Source: Phoronis australis (taxonomy: Eukaryota > Animalia > Phoronida). Taken from it: a DNA stretch of 64,000 bases. Below, piece after piece: positions 22,601-35,067 of the stretch. Positions within the stretch are counted from its first letter, which is position 1. Each line of letters begins with the position of its first letter. The DNA is taken from NCBI GenBank assembly GCA_002633005.1, contig NMRA01000051.1, positions 499,273-563,272 on the forward strand, written 5' to 3'. The notes under the pieces were generated by a model. That model was not told the DNA's origin. It did no database searches and was given only the letters and a program-made list of their open reading frames with translations. A program made the position numbers and the translations under genes.

Positions 22601-25600
22601 GTTTAGGCACTGTGACAGGGCAAAAATTGATGCAACCCAAGCTGATTGGTGTCAGGCGGCCATCTCAGAAACTGCGCAAGGGGGAAGTTAGACAGGAAGG
22701 TGGATTGTACATGCTAAGGGTTACAAATGGTGTGAATTGAATTGATGTTGTATTTGAAAAGGTTGTTGAAGACGGTAATGGTTATGAAATGGAACCAAAA
22801 GGCAAATGGAATCAGTCTGCAATTTGTAGATATGGCGCAAAAATGGTCACCCGCATGAATGTTATTGTGCAAGTGTGCATGATGGCTTCCAGTCCTCTCC
22901 ACCGTTAAAGATGCATTGTTGACGTGGAATGAGGTGATCGGGTGCAAGTTGCTCTGCCTCTGAAACTGTTGGCAAACTTGACACTGCGGTGACAACTTGT
23001 TCCGTGTCGTCTTCTGTGTACACACACGTAGTTGCACCATGTCAACTCTCCATTGCGGCTCTTCCATGTCGACTTTTGTTTTGTAAAAGCGACTTAATGA
23101 ATGCAAACTAGAAAATTGGGATGCAAGCCAAAATTCAATTTTCTTTGGTTCTGAAGATTGGGACATGGTTGATTTTGGCGTTATAATATTTCTCACTGCA
23201 TTTTGTATCTACAAAGTTTGAGGTTCATGTACCAAGTTGCCTGACTGGTAACATGTTAAGAACTTCACCTGGAAAATTGAAACTAATGTTACCATTCCAC
23301 ATTAATTCCAAAATCTCGTGTATCCAAAATTTGGTTCGAGCTCCGACCTTGAGCAAAATGGTTAATTTTTCACTGTGCCAAACTAGATAATATGTGCCGT
23401 ATATCAGTTTTTCTTCTGACATATTGCTGATGATTAGTATCTGTCATACGACCACATTAAAATTAAATTTCCTAAAGATGGTGAAAAGTTCATCATTTTC
23501 CCTGAACTCTCGAGGCCTTTCCCTTAACTTTAAAACAAAGGAGATTGGTATTCCTTGTGGTATTAATGCATGTTGGAAAAATTATTTGAAATTAGAACAT
23601 TAAACCTTCACCCTTTTCTGGCAAGTATTAGTCTTCAGATTTGGAATATAAGATAATTGTTTACTGGTAAATTTTTATGTATTGTGTGCATAACTAGGGA
23701 ACAGTGAGAAAACTGTGGATTCCGTGTACAAATTTACAGAGTGAATTAAAAGGTTAAGACAATCCAGGGGTATGTGTTCATGAAAGTGGCTTACGGGAAA
23801 AATTCTTCAATTTGGAACACTGGAAAAATAATTTTACTCAAGGTGGTAGATTGTACCAGATTTATATATTCGCAATACGGGGCATCCTAAATTGAAAGCC
23901 AGTGGCAGCAGTATTTACTGATGTGTAATTAATCAGGATTACTTTTCATGCACGTCTAACAAATTTGTTTTCAGACCCTGTTAAATGCAGAAACACGCAC
24001 TGGTCCACAATTTGAGAGATACGATACATGCAAAAATTGCCCATGTCCCACATTTCAGAATCAAGAAATTCAATTTCATCTTTGTCTCGTCCCAAATTTG
24101 GAAGCTATCCCAAACTGGAGACATTTGTTCTTCCCACTCCCACTTCATAATTGCTGGAAAAAAGATTTTCAGTTTAGTAATTATGAGCAAATTGCACAGT
24201 CTGGAAACAATTCACAGAATTTGTCTAGGTAACTAGCATCTACACATTTTTGTATATTCTTATAGAATTTGCACTTTTGCTCAATTGAGGTTTAATTATT
24301 ATTCAGGAATAGTCAGGTGGTGCGTAAGACCAAATTTCTGACTTTAAGTCTTCAGTCATTTTTCGTGAAATAGACCCTAGAGGTCATTATTGTGTGCAGT
24401 GCACTGTTATTAGTACTTGAAGTCTGTCTTTTGTAATATCCTGTGTTCTCCGTGCAACCTGTTTTGATTCCTCGCTGTGACGAGTGTGGATTTTCTGCTG
24501 TGGCGAGTTTGGCACACCTACATAGAGTTCGAAAAACAATGCAGTGAGTTCGAAATCTCATAAGATTTATAAGTCATTTCTTCAGCAAATTAGGACATTT
24601 TGGATATTTGGTACTAGTTCACACTAATCTCAAGGCTGCAGTTAAACAATCGGACACTTACAGTATGTACATGCACGGAGGAACATGTTCACGAATTATT
24701 GAACGTCGGTGGACTTTGAATTTTCTGTTGTGGAGAGGCGTTTTGTATTGAGCTGCGGTCACTTGATTTATTTTATACTTCATTTCTTCAGTGGAATATC
24801 ATTTTGATTAATTTTCGAACAAAAATAACTTTTAAGATTTTTTTGTTTTTGGCTCTATTCACATGGTACAGCTGTCACCAAAGAGTTAGTGAATGTTTAA
24901 GAATTAGTAGCAACGTTGTTAGTCTTTGAAATAACTATTATAAGCAGTGTTGTCCCAAACTGAGAATTTACCGTAGCATGCTATTTTCAATAAGAGTTGT
25001 GGAAAGTTAAGAGACTCGAGTGCAGTGCTGAATGAAATGCTGTGGTGGGTTTCATGTAGATCTACCAAAATCGCCAAAAAAAAGTTTGTCGAGTCCCAAC
25101 ACCCTGTTCCTTAGTCTGTGGTGACCGTTTCTGGACCTCCATTAGCCATTACCTCTGTTGAATAATATGTTTATTCTCTTCAGATGATATTCAATTTCTT
25201 GCTCTCTCCCATGTCATAGGCCATGTGCATTTCCTGGCTGCATTTCCTGGCAGCATTTCATGGCAGCATTTCCTGGCTGCATTTCGTGGTCTGTTGGACA
25301 TTCAGGTGATTGGTATGGTGTGGATTCAAGGTTCGCAACCCTAGTCTTGACTCTTGATTCCTGACTGAATATTTTGTTCCGTTGTTGGTCCCTCGCGGTT
25401 GCAGTTTGAGAACCAGTTTGATGCCCGTTAATCAGTGAAGAAAACGGGTTCTCAAAATGCTGTCACATTACATTTGGCTAAAACCAGGATCCTGTGTACT
25501 TAATAGAAGTATTTAGTCAGGTAGAAACCTAGGAAAACAATGTGACTCTAAATTTTACAAATCAAGTATTACCTTCAGGAGTTGGAATGCTCGATGATAC

Positions 25601-28600
25601 AAGAGATGCACGTAGTTTTCATCATGAAATGGATTGATTTGTGGAGTTCATTCACAGTATTTTCCAACGATTTTGAATTTTTAACAATCCTGACTTGTTG
25701 ATGCCATTTTAGTTCGAGAGCCCTCTTCGAATTACCTCAGAATGCTGTCAAGACTTGTGTGTACAAGATATGGCTATGGATTGCCATTGAGTGCCAGATT
25801 GACTGGGTCAGTGGAATGGAACTACTTTCCATGTACAGCTTGGGTACAAGTTCATTCATGGAGTTAGAATATTATACATTGCCTGACTGACATACTTTTC
25901 AAAATCTCAGACACTCCTGAGTTCATTAACAAGGGGAGCACTTTCAGCAATGATATTTGCCCTTTTTGATATTTGCCCTTTTTGCCATTTTCTTAGGTGA
26001 CATTGCAGCTCAAAATGCTATAATGCGACTTTGCCTGCATTACAATGGCGAAATACATGATAATTAGGATATAAGACAGTCTTCGGTGTTATGAAGAAGC
26101 AGGACAAGTACTTGAACCATGTGTTGCATTGTGGGTAAATACTTTAGAATGGGAGTGGTGCTATGCTATTTCAGGAGGAGCCTATAGAAGTTTACAATTT
26201 GTGGCACTGGCTGGTCATTCATCAGTCATCACCTGGCCATAATTCTATTCTTGAACTATACTTGATCAAGTAGATAATGAGTGCCTCATTGTTTACAGGA
26301 GGCACACTCCTTACATGGGCCAACCAGATTACAGAATACATGAACTCAACAAGAGATTACAACAGAGGACTGAGGTAAATCACAGTAGTTATTTCACATA
26401 ATGTTGGTCATGCCAACTTACAAAAAGTCTAGTCTGTCCAGTTTGATAGGCTTTTGAATACAATGTTAGTGATTTTGACTTGACCGGATTACCCATGTGT
26501 GGTTAATCTGTTTAATTTGATACGAGTTCATTTTGAAGCACTTTAAGTTATGGTACATAATAAAGTAAGTCGTAACATTTTTCCACTTATAAAGTATGAA
26601 GCAGAGTCCTTATGATGGCGATCAACCAATCAAAATGTAACAAAAACGATAGGAGTTGGTGAAAATTTTTCGATTGGAATGTTCTTGCTTGGTTGAACGA
26701 ATCCGGGGGATCATTATGAATTGTATATTTTTGCTACTTGCTCTTTAATGTCTGTTCGGTTTAGCTACACTTGAAACCAACTTTACTGCTAGGCGCGACT
26801 CAAAAATGGACCAAGCATGGGGCGTACTTTGAGCAAACTTTTAGATTTGATATGGCATGAGTTGAGTCTCGAGATTTAACCAAGCAGTGAGTGTGGATCT
26901 TCTAGACCCTCCTCTGGACTTGTGTTTGCTAATGATGACGGCTGTGGCCATTTGCATATAAAAGCGAGATTAGGTTTGCCTGTTTGGTGTAGTGAATACC
27001 TGATGACACATGTACGACATAATCAGTCTTTTCAGGACAGCGACAATGTTTGGTGGGATGCCTTCTCCACGGAGTTCTTTGAGGATGATGCCACACTGAC
27101 GCTGTCGTTCTGTCTTGAAGACGGACCAAAGAGATATTGTGAGTAGCGCTGTACTGCTTCATTGGGCATGGTGGGGGTAACATCGTTTATATCATCAGGG
27201 ACAGTGTTCTCTCCGGGACCCAATGCCACTGAGCATTACTCGAGACGACTAAAAAACAAAAAGTCATGTAATGTGCTTCGAGTAAACTTTCAAATTTCAT
27301 GCTCTGTGAGTTGTCACTTTTCGAGTTGAGTCGAGTCTCGTGAACAATTTGGTCATGTTGGTCTCAGGCTTTTTTGAGTGGTGTCATTGATTGAGCTCGC
27401 ATTTTGAGGCACTGTACTCGAAATGTGATCACCGTGCGTGAACGTTGAGCCTACATGTTGGTATCTTCAAAGCTAGTGCCCTACACACTGTGCAGCTTAA
27501 TTAATCAAAGTCACTTATTAAGTTATTGCCAACTTTATCACATATCTGTTCTGCTGTCTAAAAACATTTCAATTTTGAATACTGTTGGGATGTGTGATCC
27601 GCTATTTGAAAACAGTTCACTTTTGAACAATGGTGGGCCATCTAATACACCATTTGAAAAATGGTATCATGTCTGACCCACCATTTGAAAACAGTTCGCA
27701 TTCTAACACTGGCGGGATATCTGATCCACTGTTTGAAAACAATTCACTTTTGAGCAGTCGTATTATATCTGATCAGCTGGCCGTTGATCTGTCCCAAATC
27801 CACCGACAGATCTGCCTTCTTGCCATCAGAAGGCTATATTTTGATAACCTGGATTGCGGTTGAGCTTTATTCCACATTCTCTGATACGTGACACTATGAT
27901 ATGGAGAGTATGTAGAAAGTAAGCGTGGTCCCTATGTCATATGTCAAACACTGCGACAAATGTTTGAAATAGTCATAAGATGGCTGATAGGACACTTTTG
28001 TGAATGTCCATTTTAGGCGGCTGATCTGACACTATTTCAGTAAATCCTATCAGTTATCTTAATTTGACATGTTAGTGCTTAATATGTCGTTATACTGGCA
28101 GGCTCGTAAGTACCACGGGGTTGCTGAAAATGAGGTTGTGTACCAAAATATCATAACACTGACCACCTGATAGAGTCATGACTTTTGCAATAAATGTGTC
28201 GTGCCGGAGAAATTTACACTCTGGCACGATTCGTTGAGGTGAAAATGGCCAATGTTATTCAAGTTCGGCAATCAGTAACTTGGGAAACGTATTTATTTTA
28301 GTGCTCCTGAGTGTTGTAAAGCATGGTTCGGAATGTTTATTTAGACATCTAAATTTTTCACTATTAACCAGTTTAGGTTTTCAGTTGCTGATTTCCCATT
28401 GTATATCTGTCGACGTTGGTATCACCATTTTATTGACAGTCTTTGAAAATGTTGAATAATAGCGTTTATGGTATTTCTATTATCTCTAGGACATTACTTT
28501 TGAAAGGTTAATTGTCATCTGGAATGGCAGTTATCTGACGTTAGTTGTATTGTAAACAGTGTTATATATCTGACATTTGTTGTATTGTAAACAGTGTTAT

Positions 28601-31600
28601 ATTCTTTATCCTTTGCAACACATTTGAGAGACAAAACAAAAAGATTTTTACTTAAGTATTGTGCATTGTGAAAAAGTAATTTTATATTCTGTCATTTGCA
28701 TGCGTAATTTTGTTATTGAGTGAGTTAAGCTATAACTGTGCTATTGAAAATTTAATTGAGCAACAGTGTTCTCATTGCTATCTTCATCATTTTTAATTTC
28801 TTTAATTTGTATTTGGGATGAAGGTGTGCTATCATTCAGTGATTTTGTTTAGTTACCTGTCAAATGTTGTTTTGTGGATCAAATTATAGAATATAATTGA
28901 TTTTCGCAGAAATGTTCTTAGTGACGAATTCCAAAAAATGACCGGATCGTAATAATGGCATGTAGTGTTTGCTGCCATCATGGAAGTGGGATATTCTAGT
29001 AATCTGATTCTTTGCTTTTCATGAAGGTTCATTGTACACATTGACTGTTTGTGAATTTCAAGTCATCAAGTCAATCAATAAATGAGCAGTGTCCCTTCTG
29101 GTACAACACTATAGTTGGTTAGATACAGATAGTAAATTGTATGTAAATGTTGTACTAGACATGTGCCTATGACTAGATGGGGGCTCATTAAATACTGGTC
29201 TGTTTTGGTACATTGGGTACTTTGAGTGATTTGTACTTCCTTTGTACTCTGGCACTTGTCAGTGTTGGCCATTATGGACTTGGTAATGCAGATGTTTTAT
29301 GTGGGCACAGTATGCTCTCGTTTTCATCCATCCTTGTGGCTTGCACTGCTGTATCTCCATAACACCTTGATGGATGTTTGCGAAATTTTGTAGACCTGTT
29401 TATTTCATGGATGAGACGACATTAGCGAATTTTCAGATGGATTCGGCCTTCGGCCACTGCTTTTCCCCCAAATGGCAATTTCATTTTTTTCATTATCTTC
29501 TATATCTTCCGAGCCTTTGGAGTAGCTCAGCTTGTCTTTGAAAATTATAGAAAAATGTCTGTTTTAGCAATTCTTTGTGTGCCAAATTAAAAAGAATTTA
29601 TACTACATTTTTAGTATGCATTAGAAAATTGAGTAAGGCCTAAAATGGTTGATCTTGGCCTGTACCACTGCTCTTGAAACATGTAGTTACTACTCAGTAC
29701 CCACCCACATCAATTTCAGCCATTTTCGAACTCCTTTTCAAAAAGCCTCACCAAGGCACACAGGTAAGGTTAAAATGCTTTTTTCCCCACCTCCATGGCT
29801 GCAGCATTGAGTTTGAGTTGAGTATAAAACAGGGCAGCCAGAAAATGAGAAACCATTGCGTGAATTTTCACTACAACCTGAGACCAGAACAAGCTGTGCT
29901 TTTTGGCCAAATGCAAGTATCAACAATTTCTGTAGTGGGGAATGTTTTCCGATGCTTTCAGCCCTAACTCTCAAACTTAGGGCTTTTCCTATGTATATTA
30001 AAGTGTTAATTGCATAAATTATTTCTGTCTAAATCATTGTAGCCCCATATTTTTGAAACAAGCAGGAACCTATTTAGAGTTCTACACTGACTCTATCCTT
30101 CTTTGTTGTAGCTATCGGTCGCACACTGATCCCGCGCTACTTTCGTAGTATATTTGAGGGTGGCGTCACTGATCTCTACTTCATATTGAAGCACTCCAAG
30201 GAGTCCTTCCACAATACCTCCATCACCCTCGACTGTGACCAGGCTATGATGGTGACGCACCATGGCAAGCCAATGTTCACTAAGGTTTGTGGGCCACGCG
30301 AGCGCATGCGATGACACTAGTCACTTTGTGAAGAAGGAATTCTTAGCTTACACTGCAGACAGTGAACTGTATGGTTCTTCACAAGTTGCTTTCTTCCGTA
30401 GTTCAACATTTCACATGATTGAACCCATGTTTACTGTGGCATGTGTGATATGGTAATGCGTATTCTGTGGCCATTGAGAGTATTGTGGGTGTGTATGCTC
30501 AAATCAACCATATTCCAACATTCTGGTGTAGGCGTCCAATCACTTAGTGACGGCCTTTTGTCAGTGTACGTTAGTATGGAGGTGAGCTTAACTCATGAAA
30601 AGGGTCTCCCATTTGAGTACCTGAATGCATGCATTTATACAGTTGGAGCCACTGCATCACAAGCGTCACTAGATGATCTTTTGGTGCTTAGTTTCAGTTC
30701 AATATAAAAAAGCATGAAAAATGCTAATTCCTTCTCGAATGTGCGCAGCCTTCAACTTGCATGACTATGTGTTCTCGCTTAAGTGAAACTGGTGTCTGTT
30801 TTATGAAAAGTGACTTAGGACTTAAGGCATGAGGAGGCAGTGTGGCCTAGTGTGATAGGTGCCTGCTTTCTTTACTCGAGGTCGTGGGTTGGAGTCCCAC
30901 TGAGTCACACTGCTGAACCCGTGAGTCAGGTTTGTAGCTTCTCAGCTCAGTTTTAACTGTATGTAAATAAAGCACAATAAATGGCTCCAGGTGATCAGTG
31001 CAATGGGCTCACCTGAGCGGCCTGCGCACGTCTGCTACAACGTGTAGCAGACCACCTGAAATTATTTTTTATATTATAAGACGGAAATTTGGTCTTATTT
31101 CCAAAAAATAATCAAATGTCACTTCTGCAAAATTGCAGTCTATGAGAACATACACACAACTGCTAGTTACTATATATTTCTTGACTGTCATGCACTCATA
31201 ATTACTCACAGACAGAGTATACGTCAATACAGTTAATGAAGTAATTGAGAACACAGTAAGGGACTATACGCTCTCGGCCAATGCTGATGCCCCCGACATA
31301 AATGACTGTTTTTCCCTAGAAGTTATTCTCATGAATATTAGGTCACATACTATTTCGTATTGTTGTCACTCATAATTACTTGGCTAAACCTTTTTCAGCA
31401 TTTGTGAAGTGGTAGTGGAAGATCAAATTTCTGTCTTGAGTCTTGAGTCACTTTCACGAAACTGTTCCCTGGTCTACATAATGTTGCAAGAGTTGCAGTC
31501 ATGTGATAGTTTCTGTGCCTGTCTCTGCCACCAGGTTGTGACCGAGGGTCGCCTCATCCTAGAGTTTACCTTTGACGACCTGATGCGCATCCGTTCTTGG

Positions 31601-34103
31601 CACTTTGCCACGCGGCAGCACCGTGAGCTGATCCCTCGCAGTGTCATCGCCATGCAACAGGAACCTGCCATGGTGGAGCAGCTGTCTAAGAATATCACAC
31701 GGCAGGGGCTTACCAACCACACACTCAACTTCCTCAGGGTAGGTTTCGTGCAGCAAGGTCGAGTTGCCGAATCCTGTTTTTTACCGTTTTTGATAGATTT
31801 TGAAATGTTCGGAATTGGATCTAGACAAGATTCTACGAGTTTTCACAAAGTTTTCAGTTGAGGTCATTGGCACTTTAATGGCTATGTTTTTAGACTTTCT
31901 AGAGTTTTTCATTATTCAGAATGCGAGGACAGGTGGCGTGAGGAATTTTTTGTACTCTGATCAAAATTCATGATTTGCTGTGATGTATAACATACAAAAA
32001 ATGGTTTAATTGGAATTTTAACCACCACATTTGACAAGCACGGGTTCAGCATCTTTAAAAGGAGAAAGAAGATTAACATTTTTGTAACTTGTAAATTGGT
32101 GACTTAGTGAATGGGTTGTATGTTTATCCAGTGGGTTTAGTGAATGCAGAAACAAGCTGCTGGTACCTGATGTTGGACTGACTAGGGGTCACTTCAGTAT
32201 TGTGGCCTGCTTATAAAAGACCTTGTAGATTATTGTAATTAAAACTGAAAAACCGAAAACTTGTGCTTTACTCCTGGTAGGCCTTTTCTAGAAATGACCA
32301 ATTCAAGTGTGGTGATGCTTTATCTATTTAGTGCACCTTATGACGCGAATATAAATTGATTTTTGTCAAATTTCTCAACCAAAAATTTACATTAAGAAAA
32401 ACTTTGTACTGTAACATCTTTTGTAAAAAAATCTGAATTATTACATCAGCCTTCAAAAACTTGACATTATTTTGGGGAGAAAACAACTGAAGAATTGCGG
32501 TATGCGATTTCCACTGTGGTCCATAAGATTCAGTTTTAAAGCTGATATATTGAGGGCTGCATTGGCAGTTCAAAGGAAGAGGCATTGAAGTGGTTCATGA
32601 AGCCAGAAATAGGGCTTATGATCTCCATTCTGACCACATACCCTTCACATTAACAGAATATGAAAGGAATAGCGTTCCATATAAAACTTGCCTTATGTTA
32701 CGACTCGATTTTTTGTGGCCCTCGTGATATTAAGTCAAAACAGTTGGCCTTGCCACTGTGCGTTATGGAACGTCCCAAGGTAAAAGTGGTATTACCACTT
32801 GATGTTGATTTAATGTTTTCATGCATTGTTAAAGCGCCATTTCATTTTTGTCACTCTTCCTCCAGTTGTGTGTCATCCTAGAACCGATGCAAGAGTTGAT
32901 GTCTCGTCACAAGGCCTACGGCCTCAACCCCAGGGACTGTCTCAAGACCACGCTGTTTCAGAAGTGGCAGAGAATGGTGGCGCCACCCGGTGAGTAGACA
33001 CAGTAATTTTACGGCCACACGACCCGAGACGACCATACTTGACTTGAGACTCATCTTTAAGTTGTCAGACGCATCAAGTAAACATTCAAATTGCATAAGA
33101 AGCTCTACAATCTTGGTTATTCCAACTTTTTAGCTGGAGACTCGTTTTATCAGGGATTGTAAACTGAGGCGGCCGTAAGTCCAATATTGGTTTTAGGTAT
33201 TCTATCTTATTATACTTTACAGTACTGCACTTAGTTTTGGTCTTCTGTGAAGCGGTTTGTTCTGAAGGTCCTCTTTGCAGAGGTCATCTTCCTTTTAGAT
33301 ATAATAACTAAGAAATGTTATGATCAAATTCTCCATTTTTCTAGAAACTACACGTCAACCAGCTAAAAGGAGGAAACGCAAGTCTTCAGCGAGCACCGGA
33401 GCGGGTATGCGGGAAAACTCCAAAGCCAAACGGTCACCTGCCCCACAACCCCCTTTCCCCATTGGCAGAGAAGTCCCTGGGGTAAGTTGATTTATAGGCT
33501 GGGGCTAATCTGGACGGGATGGACTCTGAATGGTTGGTTTGGGTAGCAGGCATCACTCCGTGGTCTTATTGCTGTGCCCTGAATTGTACGTAAAATACAG
33601 TCATGGTGTGGTTGTGGATGACATTTGGATAAATATTCATTCATTATCAAATATGTTATGTGTGTTGTTAGTTATAAATGCTGATGGTTGTGAAAAACTT
33701 ATCAACTCCCTTTTGACGACTGTTTATTCTGCTTTCACTTGCATACATTTGCATCTCATCATTTTGCGAATACTTGATGGTCTTTGAGCAGTTTCTGTGC
33801 GATGTCTGAAACGCGCAATTAGCGTAACACAACCTCTTTCAACCAGCACTGTATTTACGCTGCCCTCCACAGGACGTGATGGTGGTAGGAGAGCCGACTC
33901 TGATGGGCGGAGAGTTTGGCGATGAGGATGAGAGGTTAATTACACGTCTTGAGAACAATCAGTTTGAAGCCAACGGCGGCGAGCCGGAGCAGGAGACCTT
34001 CCAGAACAGTCCCCAGTTGCAAAATAGTCCCTGGGGGCAGGGCTCTATCAAGAAGTCCCCGCAGACGCCCAGCCAGCCAGCGGTAGAGTCGGACAAGAAC
34101 TGA
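16632..34103 (+). CDS. LDB1: LIM domain-binding protein (LDB1/LDB2/Chip orthologue), spliced
   Basis: Exons 16632-16684, 16919-16939 (microexon), 26299-26374, 27036-27138, 30112-30284, 31535-31738, 32866-32989, 33345-33481, 33873-34103 give 1122 nt in frame. Dimerization domain WWDAFSTEFFEDDA, LCCD LCVILEPMQELMSRHK, NLS KRRKRK, LIM-interaction domain DVMVVGEPTLMGGEFGDEDERLITRLEN. Confidence 0.96.
16919..16939 (+). CDS. LDB1: LDB 21-nt microexon (TPFTFSR)
   Basis: ttgacAG|TACTCCGTTTACTTTCTCAAG|GTaatg; phase 2-2; restores a PF..RRHTPY motif as in LDB2. Confidence 0.6.
18074..18087 (+). CDS. LDB1: Candidate alternative LDB first coding exon (MIECG)
   Basis: ATG ATA GAG TGC GG|GTAAGA; the phase-2 donor matches exon 26299. 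Confidence 0.45.
19664..20008. repeat. Tandem repeat, 5 x 69 bp
   Basis: Unit TGCATGTTAGTCAACATTGTTGATAGCTGAC... starts at 19664, 19733, 19802, 19871 and 19940. Confidence 0.95.
25227..25289. repeat. 13-bp minisatellite (GCATTTCCTGGCW), about 5 copies
   Basis: Directly visible. Confidence 0.85.
26299..26374 (+). CDS. LDB1: LDB exon
   Basis: RHTPYMGQPDYRIHELNKRLQQRTE. Confidence 0.95.
27036..27138 (+). CDS. LDB1: LDB exon
   Basis: DSDNVWWDAFSTEFFEDDATLTLSFCLEDGPKRY. Confidence 0.97.
27594..27752. repeat. Degenerate ~40-46 bp tandem repeat (..CCATTTGAAAACAGTTC..), about 4 copies
   Basis: Visible in the DNA and as repeated DPLFENSS in spurious ORFs. Confidence 0.7.
30112..30284 (+). CDS. LDB1: LDB exon
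   Basis: IGRTLIPRYFRSIFEGGV...HGKPMFTK. Confidence 0.97.
30833..31070 (+). mobile_element. tRNA-derived SINE with a LINE-like 3' tail
   Basis: Pol III A box TGGCCTAGTGTG (30843) and B box GGTTGGAGTCC (30887). The 3' part 30988-31058 is homologous to the LINE 3' UTR at 41971-42046. T-rich end. Confidence 0.8.
31535..31738 (+). CDS. LDB1: LDB exon
   Basis: VVTEGRLILEFTFDDLMRIRSWHF...TLNFLR. Confidence 0.97.
32866..32989 (+). CDS. LDB1: LDB exon
   Basis: LCVILEPMQELMSRHKAYGLNPRDCLKTTLFQKWQRMVAPP. Confidence 0.97.
33345..33481 (+). CDS. LDB1: LDB exon (NLS)
   Basis: ETTRQPAKRRKRKSS...REVPG. Confidence 0.93.
33873..34103 (+). CDS. LDB1: LDB last coding exon (LIM-interaction domain)
   Basis: DVMVVGEPTLMGGEFGDEDERLITRLENNQF...SDKN*. 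Confidence 0.97.
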   Translation, partial: DVMVVGEPTLMGGEFGDEDERLITRLENNQFEANGGEPEQETFQNSPQLQNSPWGQGSIKKSPQTPSQPAVESDKN

Positions 34104-34105
34104 GT

Positions 34106-35067
34106 GACTCGCCATGCACCGTTGATTCAACATTGCCATGCTTTCTTTTAGAACTCTTTTGTCGACTCGTTGATTGATAGGTTAGTGCTTCCCAAGGTAG
34201 AACGTTTGAAAGAATAGTCCTGCACAACTCGCACGCCTCACTGTATCGTGTAATGAAAATTGCCACTTCCTTTTCTAGTGAAACCTCTTAAGCGACATGA
34301 TTGCTCTCCAGTCTCATATATCACAATGCTTCGTCAGCCATGACGACCTCAGTCTATGCCTATGGTGAAAATACTTCAGCTGTTACTTATTGCTTTAACC
34401 TGTCTCATTGGAAAGTTGACAGTCGGGTACGTTGAATTTTTTCGTATCCAGTTTTGTCTTAACTGCCATTGTTGCTAGGCTGTTGTTAAGTGTTTTGTGT
34501 TAGATTTGAATATGGTGATATGTTATTATTCTGGGTATGTTTGTTCAGTTGATGTCGTGGTTTAGCGCAAGGGAGATTGAGGCCCCANGACTCGCCGTGC
34601 ACCGTTGATTCAACATTGCCATGCTTTCTTTTCTTTTAGAACTCTTTTGTCGACTCGTTGATTGATAGGTTAGTGCTTCCCAAGGTAGAACGTTTGAAAG
34701 AATAGTCCTGCACAACTCGCACGCCTCACTGTATTGTGTAATGAAAATTGCCACTTCCTTTTCTAGTGAAACCTCTTAAGCGACATGATTGCTCTCCAGT
34801 CTCATATATCACAATGCTTCGTCAGCCATGACGACCTCAGTCTATGCCTATGGTGAAAATACTTCAGCTGTTACTTATTGCTTTAACCTGTCTCATTGGA
34901 AAGTTGACAGTCGGGTACGTTGAATTTTTTCGTATCCAGTTTTGTCTTAACTGCCATTGTTGCTAGGCTGTTGTTAAGTGTTTTGTGTTAGATTTGAATA
35001 TGGTGATATGTTATTATTCTGGGTATGTTTGTTCAGTTGATGTCGTGGTTTAGCGCAAGGGAGATTG
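34106..35067 (+). repeat. ~475-bp direct duplication of the LDB 3' UTR (likely two haplotypes)
   Basis: 34106-34579 is nearly identical to 34589-35067; single N at the junction (34588). Confidence 0.9.

Noticed and set aside
22714-23196. 160-aa minus-strand ORF
   Set aside because: No recognisable domain, antisense in an LDB intron, no splice support; probably a repeat-derived or chance ORF.
26921-27010. Box C/D snoRNA in an LDB intron (ATGATGA 26932, CTGA 27000, TGTGTT/GACACA stem)
   Set aside because: The D box is only ~32 nt from the acceptor and may simply be the branch point. There are no clear C'/D' boxes and only an 8-nt 28S match not placed before a D box. Not excluded, but unsupported.
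34106-35067. Functional duplication of the LDB 3' UTR
   Set aside because: Near-identical copies joined at a single N, differing by allele-like SNPs and indels; most likely an assembly artefact.
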